A stretch of DNA of 64,000 nucleotides from Corynebacterium sp. (GCF_043426755.1 NZ_JBHWRP010000040.1:36916-100915), one strand, 5' to 3'; shown: positions 27,229 to 38,045, counted from the first letter of the stretch. The notes: a model not told the origin generated them from the sequence alone. Numbers and translations are program-made.

Positions 27229-29175
27229 TTATTCGTCGGAAGCGAAGCCCGCCTGGTTCAGATCCCAGTACGCGCCGCGGGCAGCCAGCAGCTCATCGTG
27301 GGTGCCCTGCTCGACGATGCGCCCCGCCTGCATCACTAGGATCAGGTCGGCGTCACGGATCGTCGACAAGCGATGCGCGATAACGAAACTCGTCCGGTCG
27401 GCCTGCAACGCGCCCATCGCGCGCTGCACCTGCACCTCGGTGCGCGTGTCCACGGAAGAGGTGGCTTCGTCCAGGATGAGCAGGGAAGGCTTAACGACGA
27501 AGGCCCGCGCGATCGTGATCAACTGGCGTTCACCGGCGGAGAGCGCGCCGCCGTCTTGGTCGATGATGGTGTCGTAGCCGTCGGGAAGCGCGTGCACGAA
27601 GCGGTCCACGTAGGTGGCCTTCGCCGCGGCGATCACTTCTTCGTCGGTGGCGTCGAGGCGGCCGTAGCGGATGTTGTCCATGATGGTGCCCTCGAAGAGT
27701 ACCGCGTCTTGGAGCACCATGCCGATCTGGCTGCGCAGTGCCTCGCGCGACATCTGGCGGGTGTCCACCCCGTCGAGCAGGATCTGGCCGGAGTCGATCT
27801 CATAGAAGCGCATGATCAGGTTCACCAGTGTGGTCTTGCCGGCGCCGGTGGGGCCGACGATGGCGACCTTCTGGCCCGGCTGCACCTCTACGTTGAGGTT
27901 CTGGATCAGCGGCTCGTCGGTGTAGGAGAAGGAGACGTCGCGGAACTCCACGTGGCCGCTCGCGCGCTGCGCTGTCTCTGCCTGAGCTTGGGCCTGGGCT
28001 TGCGAAGGCTCCTCTTCCTCGGCATCCAAGAATTCGAAGACGCGCTCGGCCGAGGCCACGCCGGACTGCACCATCTGAGCCATGCCGCCCAGCTCACCCA
28101 GCGGCTGGTTGAACTGGCGCGAGTACTGGATGAACGCGGTGGCAGCGCCCAAAGACAGGGAACCGCCGGCCACCATCAACCCACCGAACACGGCGACCGC
28201 CACGTAGGAGAGGTAGGAGATGAACTGCATGATCGGCATCATCAGGCCAGAAAGGAATTGGGCCATCGATGCGGCGCCGAAGAGTTCGCGGTTGCGCTCG
28301 TCGAAAAGCGACTGCGCCTCGTCGTGACGCCCAAAGATCGTCAGCACCTCGTGGCCGGAGAAAGTTTCCTCCACGTGCCCGTTGAGCTGGCCCGTGGCGC
28401 GCCACTGGTTTTTGAAGTGGGACTGGGAGCGGCTGCCGATCACGCCGATCACGATGGCTGTCAGCGGGATCGCCAGGAGCGCTACCAAGGTCAGCCGCCA
28501 GGAGACGGTGAACATCATCACCATGATGCCCAGCACCATCAGCACGGACTGCAGCGCCTGAGACAGCGATTGTTGGAGGGCCTGTTGCACGTTGTCGACG
28601 TCGTTGGTGGTGCGCGAGAGGATATCGCCGCGCTGGCCGCGGTCGAAGTAGCTCAGCGGCAGGCGGTTCAGCTTCGCCTCGACGTCGGCGCGCAGCTGGT
28701 AAATAATGCGCATCACCAGGCGGTTGAGCAGGAAGCCCTGCAGCCACATCAGCACGCCGGCTCCCACGTACAGCGCCAGCACCACGAGGATCAGCTGGCC
28801 CAGCAGCCCGAAATCGATGCCCGCGCCCGGCACCAGGTCCATGCCGGAGAGCATGTCCGCGAACTGGTCCTGGCCGCCCGCGCGCAGGCCGGCGATCACC
28901 TCGTCCTTGCTGGCACCGGCGGGCAACTGGCCGCTCACCGCGCCGTTGAAGATCACGTCGACGGCACGCCCCATCACGCGCGGGGCGTACACGTTGAGCA
29001 GCACCGACAGCACCACCAGCACGACGACCACGCCAAAGCCCACCTTGTGCGGGGCAAGCAGCCCGAGCAGCCGCTTGGCGCTGGGCCAGAAATTCTTCGC
29101 CGTGCGCGGTGCGTCGTGTTCGCCGGCGGCGCCCTGGAGCTCCAGGATCTCTTCGTCAGTCAGCTCATTGCTCAT
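27229..29175 (-). CDS. Heterodimeric ABC exporter, subunit B
   Basis: TM domain, GPTGAGKT, LSAGERQ, LILDEATS, IAHRL. Confidence 0.93.
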   Translation of the reverse strand: MSNELTDEEILELQGAAGEHDAPRTAKNFWPSAKRLLGLLAPHKVGFGVVVVLVVLSVLLNVYAPRVMGRAVDVIFNGAVSGQLPAGASKDEVIAGLRAGGQDQFADMLSGMDLVPGAGIDFGLLGQLILVVLALYVGAGVLMWLQGFLLNRLVMRIIYQLRADVEAKLNRLPLSYFDRGQRGDILSRTTNDVDNVQQALQQSLSQALQSVLMVLGIMVMMFTVSWRLTLVALLAIPLTAIVIGVIGSRSQSHFKNQWRATGQLNGHVEETFSGHEVLTIFGRHDEAQSLFDERNRELFGAASMAQFLSGLMMPIMQFISYLSYVAVAVFGGLMVAGGSLSLGAATAFIQYSRQFNQPLGELGGMAQMVQSGVASAERVFEFLDAEEEEPSQAQAQAQAETAQRASGHVEFRDVSFSYTDEPLIQNLNVEVQPGQKVAIVGPTGAGKTTLVNLIMRFYEIDSGQILLDGVDTRQMSREALRSQIGMVLQDAVLFEGTIMDNIRYGRLDATDEEVIAAAKATYVDRFVHALPDGYDTIIDQDGGALSAGERQLITIARAFVVKPSLLILDEATSSVDTRTEVQVQRAMGALQADRTSFVIAHRLSTIRDADLILVMQAGRIVEQGTHDELLAARGAYWDLNQAGFASDE

Positions 29176-30878
29176 TGGGAGACCTCCATCTGTGAACGCA
29201 CGATCTCCGCGTATGTCGGCGAAGATTCCACCAGTTCATCGTGTCTACCGCGGGCCACGATCTGCCCGGCGTCCAGCACCAAAATCTGGTCGGCATCGAT
29301 GATGGAGCTGACGCGCTGCGCCACGATCACCACAGTCGCATCACTCAGCTGCGGCAGGAGCGCTGCGCGCAGATTCTTGTCGGTGGCCATGTCTAGCGCG
29401 GAGAAGGAATCATCGAACACATAGATCTTTCGCTTATCGACGATCGCCCGCGCAATACACAGCCGCTGGCGCTGGCCGCCCGAGACGTTGGTGCCGCCCT
29501 GTGCGATTGGCATATCCAGCGACTCCACGAAGTGTGCCTGCGCCGTCTTAAGCGCGCGCCACAGTTCCTCATCGGTCGCATCCGGATTGGCCACGCGCAG
29601 GTTGGAGGCCACGGTGCCGGAAAAGAGGTAAGGCTTCTGCGACACCATTGTGACAGAGCGCACCAGCTCTTCCCTGGCGAGCGAGGAGACGGGGGTGTCG
29701 TCGATAAGCACCGTGCCCTCCGTCGCCTCAAACAGGCGGGGGATCAGGTTGACCAGCGTGGTCTTGCCGGAGCCGGTCGCGCCGATGATCGCGGTGACCG
29801 TACCAGGGGTGGCGCTGAACGTGATGTCGTCGAGGACAGGGGCATCCGCGCCGGGGTAGGTGAAACTGACGTTGTCGAAGGTGAGGCGGCCGGTGGTGGG
29901 GGCGGCGGTGCCATCGGAGGTCATGGAGGGCTCGTGCGCCAGGATCTCGGTGATGCGGGTGGCACACACCATCGCGCGCGGCAGCATCATGGCCATGAAC
30001 GCGCCCATCATCACGGCCGCCAGGATCTGTAGCAGGTACTGCAGGAAGGCGGTGAGCGAGCCGACCTCCACGTCGCCGGCCTCCACGCGGTGGCCGCCGA
30101 ACCACAGCACGGCGGCGGTGGCTGCGTTGAGCACGATCATGATCAGCGGGAACATCAGCACGAAGATATTGCCGATGCGTACGCTGAGCCGGGTCAGGTC
30201 GCGGTTGGCGGCGTCGAAACGCTGGGTTTCGTGGTCCTCGCGGGTGAAGGCGCGCACCACGCGCACGCCGGTGATCTGCTCGCGCAGTACGCCGTTGATG
30301 CGGTCGATCTTGCCCTGCATGCTGCGGAAGAGTGGCAGGAGCGCCAGGATCAGGCCGGTGACCACCACCGCGAGCACCAGCACCGAGACGGCGACGAGCC
30401 AGCTCATGCCGGGGTCCTCGCGGATGGCCATCACCACGCCGCCGACCATCATGATCGGCACCGCCACCATGAAGTTCAGAAACATCAGGAAGGTCATCTG
30501 CACCTGCTGCACATCATTGGTGCCGCGGGTGATCAAGGTGCCGGCTCCGAAGTGGCTCATGTCTTCGGCAGAAAAGCGCGCGACGCGGTGGAAGATGTGT
30601 TCCCGCAAGTCCCGGCCGACGCCCATCGCGGTGCGTGAACCGAACCACACCGCCGCGCAGGCAGCGATCACCTGCACAAACGCGACGACCAGCATGATGC
30701 CGCCGACGCGCCAGATGAAGGGCACATCGCCGCGGGCCACGCCTTCGTCGATAATGCGGGCGTTCAGGCTGGGTAAATATAAGGTGGCGGCGGTGGTCAG
30801 CGTTTGCAGCACAACCACCGCAATAATGGCGCCGGCGTACGGGCGGGCGCGACGCGCTAAGAGGCGGAGCAGATCCAT
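29172..30878 (-). CDS. Heterodimeric ABC exporter, subunit A (degenerate site)
   Basis: GATGSGKT, VSGGQRQ, YVFDDSFS, VAQR; 4-bp overlap with subunit B. Confidence 0.93.
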   Translation of the reverse strand: MDLLRLLARRARPYAGAIIAVVVLQTLTTAATLYLPSLNARIIDEGVARGDVPFIWRVGGIMLVVAFVQVIAACAAVWFGSRTAMGVGRDLREHIFHRVARFSAEDMSHFGAGTLITRGTNDVQQVQMTFLMFLNFMVAVPIMMVGGVVMAIREDPGMSWLVAVSVLVLAVVVTGLILALLPLFRSMQGKIDRINGVLREQITGVRVVRAFTREDHETQRFDAANRDLTRLSVRIGNIFVLMFPLIMIVLNAATAAVLWFGGHRVEAGDVEVGSLTAFLQYLLQILAAVMMGAFMAMMLPRAMVCATRITEILAHEPSMTSDGTAAPTTGRLTFDNVSFTYPGADAPVLDDITFSATPGTVTAIIGATGSGKTTLVNLIPRLFEATEGTVLIDDTPVSSLAREELVRSVTMVSQKPYLFSGTVASNLRVANPDATDEELWRALKTAQAHFVESLDMPIAQGGTNVSGGQRQRLCIARAIVDKRKIYVFDDSFSALDMATDKNLRAALLPQLSDATVVIVAQRVSSIIDADQILVLDAGQIVARGRHDELVESSPTYAEIVRSQMEVSQ

Positions 30879-30968
30879 GGGGCGGGGGAGGCCTTTACAT
30901 TTCTGGCGTTAAAATGACAGTACAAATGACCTCGCCGATTTTAAGCTAAAGAACACACTTTTGCGTAT

Positions 30969-32324
30969 TTAGCTGACCACCGGCACTGCGCGCGCGTGCT
31001 GCACCATATCTTCCCACTCGACGATCTTCTTGCGCTCGCGTCCATAAATCTCGCAGCCCTCGCCGGCGGCGCGCTCGGCGGCATCCAGGCGGTGCCAGCC
31101 CTCCCAGGTGGTATACGGGATCCCGCGGGATTCCAGCAGTTCGACGATCGCCTCTGGGCCCTCATGCTTGCGCGGGGTGAGGCGGCCGGCCTGGGCATCG
31201 TCGACAAGCAGGTCGGTGGTTTCCTTCGCGTCGGACTTGGTGTTGCCGATCAGGCCGACCGGGCCGCGCTTGATCCAGCCGGTCACGTACAGGCCGTCGT
31301 TGACCTTGCCTTTTCCGCTTTCCGACGGGATCACGTTGCGCTCATGGTCAAACGGCACGCCGGGAAGTGGCTCGCTGCGGTAGCCGATGGCGTGGTACAC
31401 GGCCTGGACGGGCCAGTCGGTGAATTCGCCCGTGCCGACGACATTGCCCGCGCCGTCATATTCTTGGCGTTCGGTGCGCAGCCCGACAACTGTATTGTCT
31501 TGCGCCAGCAACACCTCGACGGGTTCTTCAAAGAAGTGGATGTGCAGCGTGTGCGGGGCGTCCTTCGGCTCGCGCAGCGCGTACTGCTCAAGCACCTGGC
31601 AGTTCAGGTCCACGGACTTGTTCGCGCGGCGGGCGGCGACGGAATCCTCGTCGTATTCGATGTCTTCAGCGCTGACCACCACGTTGATCGTGTCGGACAG
31701 GTCCAGCTCCTTCAGCTCTTTCGGCGTGAACTTGGCCTGCGCCGGGCCGCGCCTGCCGAAGAGGTGCACTTCTTCCGCCTGGTTGTTGCTTAACGACGAA
31801 TACACGTTGTCGGGTATTTCGGTGACCAGGAGCTCGTCGCCTGTCTTGGCCAGGATGCGCGCAATGTCCAACCCGACGTTGCCCACACCAATCACCGCGA
31901 CCTGGCGGGCGGAGAGTTCCCAGTCGCGCTCGAAGCGGGGGTTGCCGTCGTAGAAGCCGACGAACTCGCCGGCGCCGATGGAGTGCTCGCCGCCCGGGAT
32001 GGTCAGGGCCTTATCGCGGACCGCGCCGGTGGAGATGACGATGGCGTCGTAGTAGTCGCGCAGCTCATCAATGGTGATGTCGGTGCCCACGGTGATATTG
32101 CCCAGCAGGCGCAGGTGCGGCTTATCCAGCACGTTGTGCAGGGACTTCACGATGCCCTTGATGCGCGGGTGGTCCGGGGCCACGCCATAGCGGATCAGGC
32201 CGAAGGGGGCCGGCATCTGCTCGAAGAGGTCGACGTAGATGTCGTGTTCTTCGTTGCGGATCAGCAGGTCGCTGGCGTAGATGCCGGCCGGTCCTGCTCC
32301 AATAACTGCGACGCGCAAGCTCAT
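30969..32324 (-). CDS. fpr2: Ferredoxin/flavodoxin-NADP+ reductase
   Basis: GAGPAG, PFGLIRYGVAPDH, GVGNVGLD, GWIKRGPVG; divergent from cysI as in C. glutamicum. Confidence 0.88.
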   Translation of the reverse strand: MSLRVAVIGAGPAGIYASDLLIRNEEHDIYVDLFEQMPAPFGLIRYGVAPDHPRIKGIVKSLHNVLDKPHLRLLGNITVGTDITIDELRDYYDAIVISTGAVRDKALTIPGGEHSIGAGEFVGFYDGNPRFERDWELSARQVAVIGVGNVGLDIARILAKTGDELLVTEIPDNVYSSLSNNQAEEVHLFGRRGPAQAKFTPKELKELDLSDTINVVVSAEDIEYDEDSVAARRANKSVDLNCQVLEQYALREPKDAPHTLHIHFFEEPVEVLLAQDNTVVGLRTERQEYDGAGNVVGTGEFTDWPVQAVYHAIGYRSEPLPGVPFDHERNVIPSESGKGKVNDGLYVTGWIKRGPVGLIGNTKSDAKETTDLLVDDAQAGRLTPRKHEGPEAIVELLESRGIPYTTWEGWHRLDAAERAAGEGCEIYGRERKKIVEWEDMVQHARAVPVVS

Positions 32325-32356
32325 GATGCACGGTCCTTTCCAAATTCAACACTATC

Positions 32357-32372
32357 TAGACTGCTTGGTCTG
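32357..32372. promoter_or_regulatory. McbR operator (fpr2 side)
   Basis: TAGAC-TGCTTG-GTCTG versus consensus TAGAC-N6-GTCTA. Confidence 0.75.
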
Positions 32373-32513
32373 TAAACGTAGCCAGTGAACGGGGTGCTGT
32401 AAAGCGAAACGCGCAATAAAATTCACGCACGTCAGGCGCTAAAATTTAGATTCAACCGGGTCGGTGCAGCTCAGGGGGGTGGTGGGGCGCTCGTCGATAA
32501 GCAACTATTGCAA

Positions 32514-32529
32514 TAGACAAATTGGTACG
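32514..32529. promoter_or_regulatory. Degenerate McbR-like operator
   Basis: TAGAC-AAATTG-GTACG. Confidence 0.45.
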
Positions 32530-32568
32530 GTTACTGTTCACTGCATTAGCAAAACACGGAACACAAAG

Positions 32569-32584
32569 TAGACCATCCGGTCTG
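32569..32584. promoter_or_regulatory. McbR operator (cysI side)
   Basis: TAGAC-CATCCG-GTCTG just before the cysI RBS. Confidence 0.75.
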
Positions 32585-32598
32585 AAAGAGGAGCAGCG

Positions 32599-34266
32599 AT
32601 GCCTACCACCACCGCGTCACCACGCCCCCGGTCGAAGAAACCCGAAGGCCAGTGGAAGATCGATGGCACAACGCCACTCAACCACGACGAAGAGGTCAAG
32701 CAGGTCGAACCCGTTCTTGAAGTCAAGCAACGCGTCATCGACATCTACTCCAAGCAAGGCTTCGACTCCATCCCCGCCGACGACCTCGCCCCCCGCTTCA
32801 AGTGGCTGGGAATGTACACCCAGCGCAAGCAGAACCTCGGCGGCGAGCACACCGGCAAGGACAACTCCGAGCTCCAGGACCGCTACTTCATGATGCGTAT
32901 CCGCTTCGACGGCGGCCGCTGCACCACCGAACAGGCCCGCGCCGTCGGCGAAATCTCGCGCGACTGGGCCCGCTCCACCATCGATCTGACCGACCGCCAG
33001 AACATCCAGCTGCACTGGGTCGAGATCGAAAACGTGCCCGCGATCTGGGAGAAGCTCGACTCCGTCGGTTTAAGCACCCTCGACGGCTGCGGCGACGTCC
33101 CGCGCGTCATCCTCGGCTCGCCGGTCGCGGGCATCGCCGCCGACGAATTCATCGACGCCACCCCCGCCATCGAAACCATCAGCCGCGGCCTGGTCACCCG
33201 CGAAGAATTCCAAAACCTGCCGCGCAAGTTCAAATCCGCCATCTCCGGCAACGCCCGCCAGGACGTCACCCACGAGATCCAGGACCTCGCCTTCCAGGCC
33301 GTCGAGCACCCCGAGCTCGGCCCCGGCTTCCAGGTATACGTGGGCGGCGGCTTATCGACGAACCCTATGCTGGCCCAGCCCCTCGGCGTCTTCGTCACCC
33401 TGGAGCAGGTCCCGGAGGTGTGGGCCAATGTGGTGCGCATCTTCCGCGACTACGGCTACCGCCGCCTGCGCAACCGGGCGCGCCTGAAGTTCCTGGTGGC
33501 GCAGTGGGGCGTCGAAAAGTTCCGCGAAGTGCTCGAAGAGTACCTGGGCTACGCCCTGCCCGACGGCCCTGCCGCGCCCACCAACCCGATCGACCGGGAC
33601 CACATCGGCCTGCACAAGCAGAAGGACGGCAACTACTACCTGGGCGTCAAGCCGACCCTGGGGCACCTCTCGGGCGAGCAGCTGATCGCCGTGGCGGATC
33701 TCGCCGAATCCCACGGCCTGAGCCGCCTGCGCTTCACCCCGTTCAAGGAGCTGCTCTTCCTAGACATCCCGGAAAACAAGATCGACGCGCTCACCGCCGA
33801 CCTCGACCAGATGGGCCTGTTCTCCAAGCCCAGCGAGTTCCGCCGCGGCCTGCTCAGCTGCACCGGCCTGGAGTACTGCAAGCTGGCGCACGTGACGACG
33901 AAGTCCCGCGCCATCGAGCTTGCCGACGAGCTGGAGGACCGCTTCGGCGACCTCGATAGCCCAATCACGATTGCCCTCAACGGCTGCCCCAACGCCTGCG
34001 CCCGCACGCAGATCGCCGACATCGGGCTGAAGGGCCAGACCGTCACGGACGCCGACGGCAACCGCGTCGAAGGCTTCCAGGTCCACCTCGGCGGTACCCT
34101 GGGCGAGGGCGCCAACTTCGGCCGCAAGATCCGCGGCCACAAGGTCACCTCGACGGAACTGACGGACTACGTCACCCGCGTGGTCGGCAACTACCTGCGC
34201 GACCGCAACGACGGCGAAAACTTCCGCGAGTGGCTCGTACGCGCCGACGAGGAGGACATCAAATGA
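32599..34266 (+). CDS. cysI: Ferredoxin-dependent sulfite reductase
   Basis: TDRQNIQLH, NLPRKFK, CTGLEYC...GCPNAC siroheme/4Fe-4S ligands. Confidence 0.93.
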   Translation: MPTTTASPRPRSKKPEGQWKIDGTTPLNHDEEVKQVEPVLEVKQRVIDIYSKQGFDSIPADDLAPRFKWLGMYTQRKQNLGGEHTGKDNSELQDRYFMMRIRFDGGRCTTEQARAVGEISRDWARSTIDLTDRQNIQLHWVEIENVPAIWEKLDSVGLSTLDGCGDVPRVILGSPVAGIAADEFIDATPAIETISRGLVTREEFQNLPRKFKSAISGNARQDVTHEIQDLAFQAVEHPELGPGFQVYVGGGLSTNPMLAQPLGVFVTLEQVPEVWANVVRIFRDYGYRRLRNRARLKFLVAQWGVEKFREVLEEYLGYALPDGPAAPTNPIDRDHIGLHKQKDGNYYLGVKPTLGHLSGEQLIAVADLAESHGLSRLRFTPFKELLFLDIPENKIDALTADLDQMGLFSKPSEFRRGLLSCTGLEYCKLAHVTTKSRAIELADELEDRFGDLDSPITIALNGCPNACARTQIADIGLKGQTVTDADGNRVEGFQVHLGGTLGEGANFGRKIRGHKVTSTELTDYVTRVVGNYLRDRNDGENFREWLVRADEEDIK

Positions 34267-35249
34267 GTTTCCGCCGGAAACCGAACCCCAACCGCAACCA
34301 CCCCACCTTCTGCCCGTACTGCGCCGGCGAAGACCTCTACCCGAACGAGGAAACCGACTTCGCCTGGAAGTGCCACGAGTGCTTGCGCATCTTCGACGTC
34401 CGCTTCTACGGCCAGGACGACCCCGAAACCCCGCCCGCACCCGCGCCCTCCACCCACGAGGCGCTGCAGAAGTCCCTGGCCCGCCTCAACCTCGGCACGA
34501 ACTTCCGCGACCCCGGCGTCAGCCCCGACGGCCCCACCAGCACGCGCGCGCTTAACGACGACACCCTGCGCCGCAACCAGGCGCTCGTCGATAAGTGGGC
34601 CGACACGCTTTACGACGAATCCGCCGAGAACATTCTGGACTGGGCCCATGAGCACGTGTCTGAAGACCTCGTCGTCACGCTGAGCATGGAAAATACCGTG
34701 CTCGCGGAACTGGCCAAGGACCACCTGCCCGGCGCGGACTTCCTCTTCCTGGACACCGGCTACCACTTCGCCGAGACCCTTGAGGTGGCGGACCAAGTGG
34801 AGGCGCGTTACCCGGATCAGAAGCTGGTGCGCGCCCTGCCGGTGCTGTCCCGCGCGGAGCAGGACGCGACCTACGGGCCGAACCTATACCTGTCAAATCC
34901 GACGGCGTGCTGCCGGATGCGCAAGGTGGAGCCGCTGGCGGTGCAGCTGTCGGACTATGTGGGCTGGGTGACTGGCCTGCGTCGCGACGACGGGCCGACC
35001 CGCGCGAACGCCCCGGCGCTGTCGCTCGATGACACCGGCCGGCTGAAGATTTCCCCGCTGGTCACCTGGACCTTGGAGGACACGGACCGCTATATCGCCG
35101 AGCACGATTTGATCATCCACCCGCTGACCCAGCAGGGCTACCCGTCCATCGGGTGCGAAACCTGCACCTTGCCCGTCGCTGAGAGCGAGGACCCGCGCGC
35201 CGGGCGCTGGGCTGGTCAGAACAAGACAGAATGTGGGCTCCACTCATGA
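34263..35249 (+). CDS. cysH: CysX-CysH fusion (Cys-rich CysX domain + APS reductase)
   Basis: ATG overlaps the cysI stop. N-terminal CPYC...CHEC, then LDTGYHF, CCRMRK, YPSIGCETCT, ECGLHS with no intervening stop. Confidence 0.85.
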   Translation: MSFRRKPNPNRNHPTFCPYCAGEDLYPNEETDFAWKCHECLRIFDVRFYGQDDPETPPAPAPSTHEALQKSLARLNLGTNFRDPGVSPDGPTSTRALNDDTLRRNQALVDKWADTLYDESAENILDWAHEHVSEDLVVTLSMENTVLAELAKDHLPGADFLFLDTGYHFAETLEVADQVEARYPDQKLVRALPVLSRAEQDATYGPNLYLSNPTACCRMRKVEPLAVQLSDYVGWVTGLRRDDGPTRANAPALSLDDTGRLKISPLVTWTLEDTDRYIAEHDLIIHPLTQQGYPSIGCETCTLPVAESEDPRAGRWAGQNKTECGLHS

Positions 35250-36148
35250 CACAACTTTCGCCACACCTCAAAGATCTAGAAAACGAATCGATCCACATCC
35301 TGCGTGAGGTGGCCGGCCAGTTCGATAAGGTCGGTCTGCTGTTTTCGGGCGGGAAAGATTCGTGTGTCGTCTTCGAGCTGGCGCGCCGCGCTTTCGCCCC
35401 GGCCGCCATGCCGATCGAGCTGCTGCACGTGGACACCGGGCACAACTTCCCGGAGGTGATTGAGTTTCGCGATGCGCTTATCGACGAGACCGGCGCCCGC
35501 CTGCGCGTGGCCGAAGTCCAGGACTGGATCGACCGCGGCGACCTCGTGGAACGCCCCGACGGCACCCGCAACCCGTTGCAGACCATCCCGCTGGTGGAGA
35601 CGATCGCCGAGGTGGGCTATGATGCCGTGCTCGGTGGCGCCCGCCGTGATGAGGAGCGCGCCCGTGCCAAGGAGCGCGTCTTCTCCGTGCGCGACAGCTT
35701 CGGCGGGTGGGATCCGCGCCGCCAGCGCCCCGAGCTGTGGGACCTGTACAACGGCCAGAAACTGCCGGGCGAAAATATTCGCGTGTTTCCCATCTCCAAC
35801 TGGACGGAGGCGGACGTGTGGGAGTACATCGGTGCCCGCAACATCGCCCTGCCGCCGATCTATTTCGCCCACGACCGCGAAGTATTCCAGCGCGACGGCA
35901 TGTGGCTCACCCCCATGCCTGGTGTGCTGGTACCGAAAGAGGGCGAGGAAATCGTCGTCAAGCGTGTGCGTTACCGGACCGTCGGCGACATGAGCTGCAC
36001 CGGCGCAATCGAGTCCGACGCCACCACCATCGACGAGGTGCTGCGCGAGATCGCCACCTCCACGCTCACCGAACGCGGCGCCACGCGTGCCGACGACCGC
36101 CTGAGTGAATCCGCCATGGAAGACCGCAAGAAGGAAGGCTACTTCTGA
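35246..36148 (+). CDS. cysD: Sulfate adenylyltransferase subunit 2
   Basis: FSGGKDS, GARRDEERARAKER, MEDRKKEGYF. Confidence 0.96.
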   Translation: MTQLSPHLKDLENESIHILREVAGQFDKVGLLFSGGKDSCVVFELARRAFAPAAMPIELLHVDTGHNFPEVIEFRDALIDETGARLRVAEVQDWIDRGDLVERPDGTRNPLQTIPLVETIAEVGYDAVLGGARRDEERARAKERVFSVRDSFGGWDPRRQRPELWDLYNGQKLPGENIRVFPISNWTEADVWEYIGARNIALPPIYFAHDREVFQRDGMWLTPMPGVLVPKEGEEIVVKRVRYRTVGDMSCTGAIESDATTIDEVLREIATSTLTERGATRADDRLSESAMEDRKKEGYF

Positions 36149-37359
36149 TGAACGACCGCCAAACACTCCGCCTGTGCACCGCGGGCAGCGTCGATGACGG
36201 GAAGTCCACCTTCGTGGGGCGCCTCCTGCACGACACCAAATCCGTGCTCGCCGACCAGCTTGCTTCCGTGGAACGCACCAGCGCCGACCGCGGCTTCGAC
36301 GGGCTGGACCTCTCGTTGCTTGTCGACGGGCTACGCGCCGAGCGCGAGCAGGGCATCACCATCGACGTGGCCTACCGCTACTTCGCCACCGACAAGCGCG
36401 CCTTCATCCTCGCCGATACGCCGGGGCATGTGCAGTACACGCGCAACACGGTGACTGGCATGTCGACGTCGCAGGTGGTGGTGCTGCTTGTCGACGCCCG
36501 CCACGGCGTGGTCGAGCAGACGCTGCGCCACCTCAACGTGGCCGCCCTGCTGGAGGTGAAGACCGTGATCCTGGCCGTGAACAAGATCGACCTGGTCGAC
36601 TACTCCGAGGACACGTTCACCGCGATCCGCGAAAAGTTCATCGCGCACGCCACCGAGCTGGGGATCGCGGACCCACACGTCATCCCGATCTCCGCCCTGC
36701 GCGGCGACAACGTCGTCGAACCGTCTACCAACATGGACTGGTACGACGGCCCCACCGTGCTCGAGCTGCTGGAGACCATCCCCGTGAACTCCGGCCGCGC
36801 CCTCGACCTGGATTTCCGCCTGCCTATCCAGTACGTCCTGCGCGAGCACGCCACCGACTACCGCGCCTACGCCGGCAACATCACCGCGGGCACCGTGTCT
36901 GTCGGTGATGAGATTTCCGCGCCGGGCGGACGCTTAACGACGATCACCCACATCGATACCTCTGACGGGCTGGGCGCGGTGGATCATGCCAAAGCCGGCG
37001 ATGCTGTGGCTCTACGCCTGGCCGACGATATCGACCTAGTGCGCGGTGACCTCCTTGCCGGCGGCACCAGGCCGGAGGCGGTGCGCGAATTTGAGGCGAC
37101 CATCGTGGGGCTGACCGACAAGGAGATCACCGACGGCAAAACCGTGAAAGTCCGCTACGGCACCACCCTGGTGCGCGGGCGCGTGACTACGGAGTCGCCG
37201 GTGGGCCTCAACGACATCGCCCAGGTGACCATCACCACCGCCGCCGAACTGCCCGTGGAGGAGTACGCCGCCCGCGGTGCTGTGGGCAACTTCCTGCTCA
37301 TCGACCAGGCATCGGGTAATACTTTGGCGGCAGGGCTCGTCGGAAAGCGTGCCCGATGA
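36148..37359 (+). CDS. cysN: Sulfate adenylyltransferase subunit 1
   Basis: GSVDDGKST, REQGITIDVAYRYF, DTPGH, NKID. Confidence 0.95.
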   Translation: MNDRQTLRLCTAGSVDDGKSTFVGRLLHDTKSVLADQLASVERTSADRGFDGLDLSLLVDGLRAEREQGITIDVAYRYFATDKRAFILADTPGHVQYTRNTVTGMSTSQVVVLLVDARHGVVEQTLRHLNVAALLEVKTVILAVNKIDLVDYSEDTFTAIREKFIAHATELGIADPHVIPISALRGDNVVEPSTNMDWYDGPTVLELLETIPVNSGRALDLDFRLPIQYVLREHATDYRAYAGNITAGTVSVGDEISAPGGRLTTITHIDTSDGLGAVDHAKAGDAVALRLADDIDLVRGDLLAGGTRPEAVREFEATIVGLTDKEITDGKTVKVRYGTTLVRGRVTTESPVGLNDIAQVTITTAAELPVEEYAARGAVGNFLLIDQASGNTLAAGLVGKRAR

Positions 37360-38045
37360 CCGCACTGATCACCCTGTCGCACGGTTCGCGACACCCGGAG
37401 GCGGTCGAGGGCTCCCGCGCCATCACCGCCGCCGCGGGCGAGGCACTGGGCGTGGATGCGGTCGACGCCCACCTCGACTTCACCGCCCCCGACCTCGCCG
37501 GGGCCGCCCAGGCGCTCGTCGATAAGCACCATGAGCGGGCCGTGGTCGTGCCGCTGCTGTTCACCGACGCCTACCACGCGAAAGTGGACGTGCCCGCCGC
37601 GATCGCTGAAGCCACCGGCATCGAACTGCACTTGGCCGCAGGCCTGGGCCAGGGCGAGGACGTCGCCGCGCTGCTCGCCGCCCGCGCGCCCGCCGACGCC
37701 ACCCTCGCCCTCTACCCCGTGGGCACTTCCGACGCCGCGGCCGCAGCCGCCACAGAGGCCCTCGGCGCGCGCGTGGCCGAGCTGACGGGGCAACGCACCG
37801 TCGTCGTCCCCGCCACCGGCACCGGCCCCGGCCGCCGCGAAGCCGGGCTACGCGCGCTTGCCGACGACAGCCGCGCCCTCCACCTGCTGCCGCTTTTCGT
37901 CACCCACGGCACACTGCTGGACCTGGCGGTGGGGTGGCTGAGCGACATCAAAGACGACACCGGCATCGACGTGAGTTACTCGCCGCCGCTGCTGACCGAC
38001 CTTGTCCCTCTCGTGGTCGACCGCTACCGGGCGAGCACCCAATAA
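37356..38045 (+). CDS. cysY: Sirohydrochlorin ferrochelatase (CbiX/SirB family)
   Basis: LSHGSR, VVPLLFTDAYHAKVDVP; operon position. Confidence 0.85.
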   Translation: MTALITLSHGSRHPEAVEGSRAITAAAGEALGVDAVDAHLDFTAPDLAGAAQALVDKHHERAVVVPLLFTDAYHAKVDVPAAIAEATGIELHLAAGLGQGEDVAALLAARAPADATLALYPVGTSDAAAAAATEALGARVAELTGQRTVVVPATGTGPGRREAGLRALADDSRALHLLPLFVTHGTLLDLAVGWLSDIKDDTGIDVSYSPPLLTDLVPLVVDRYRASTQ

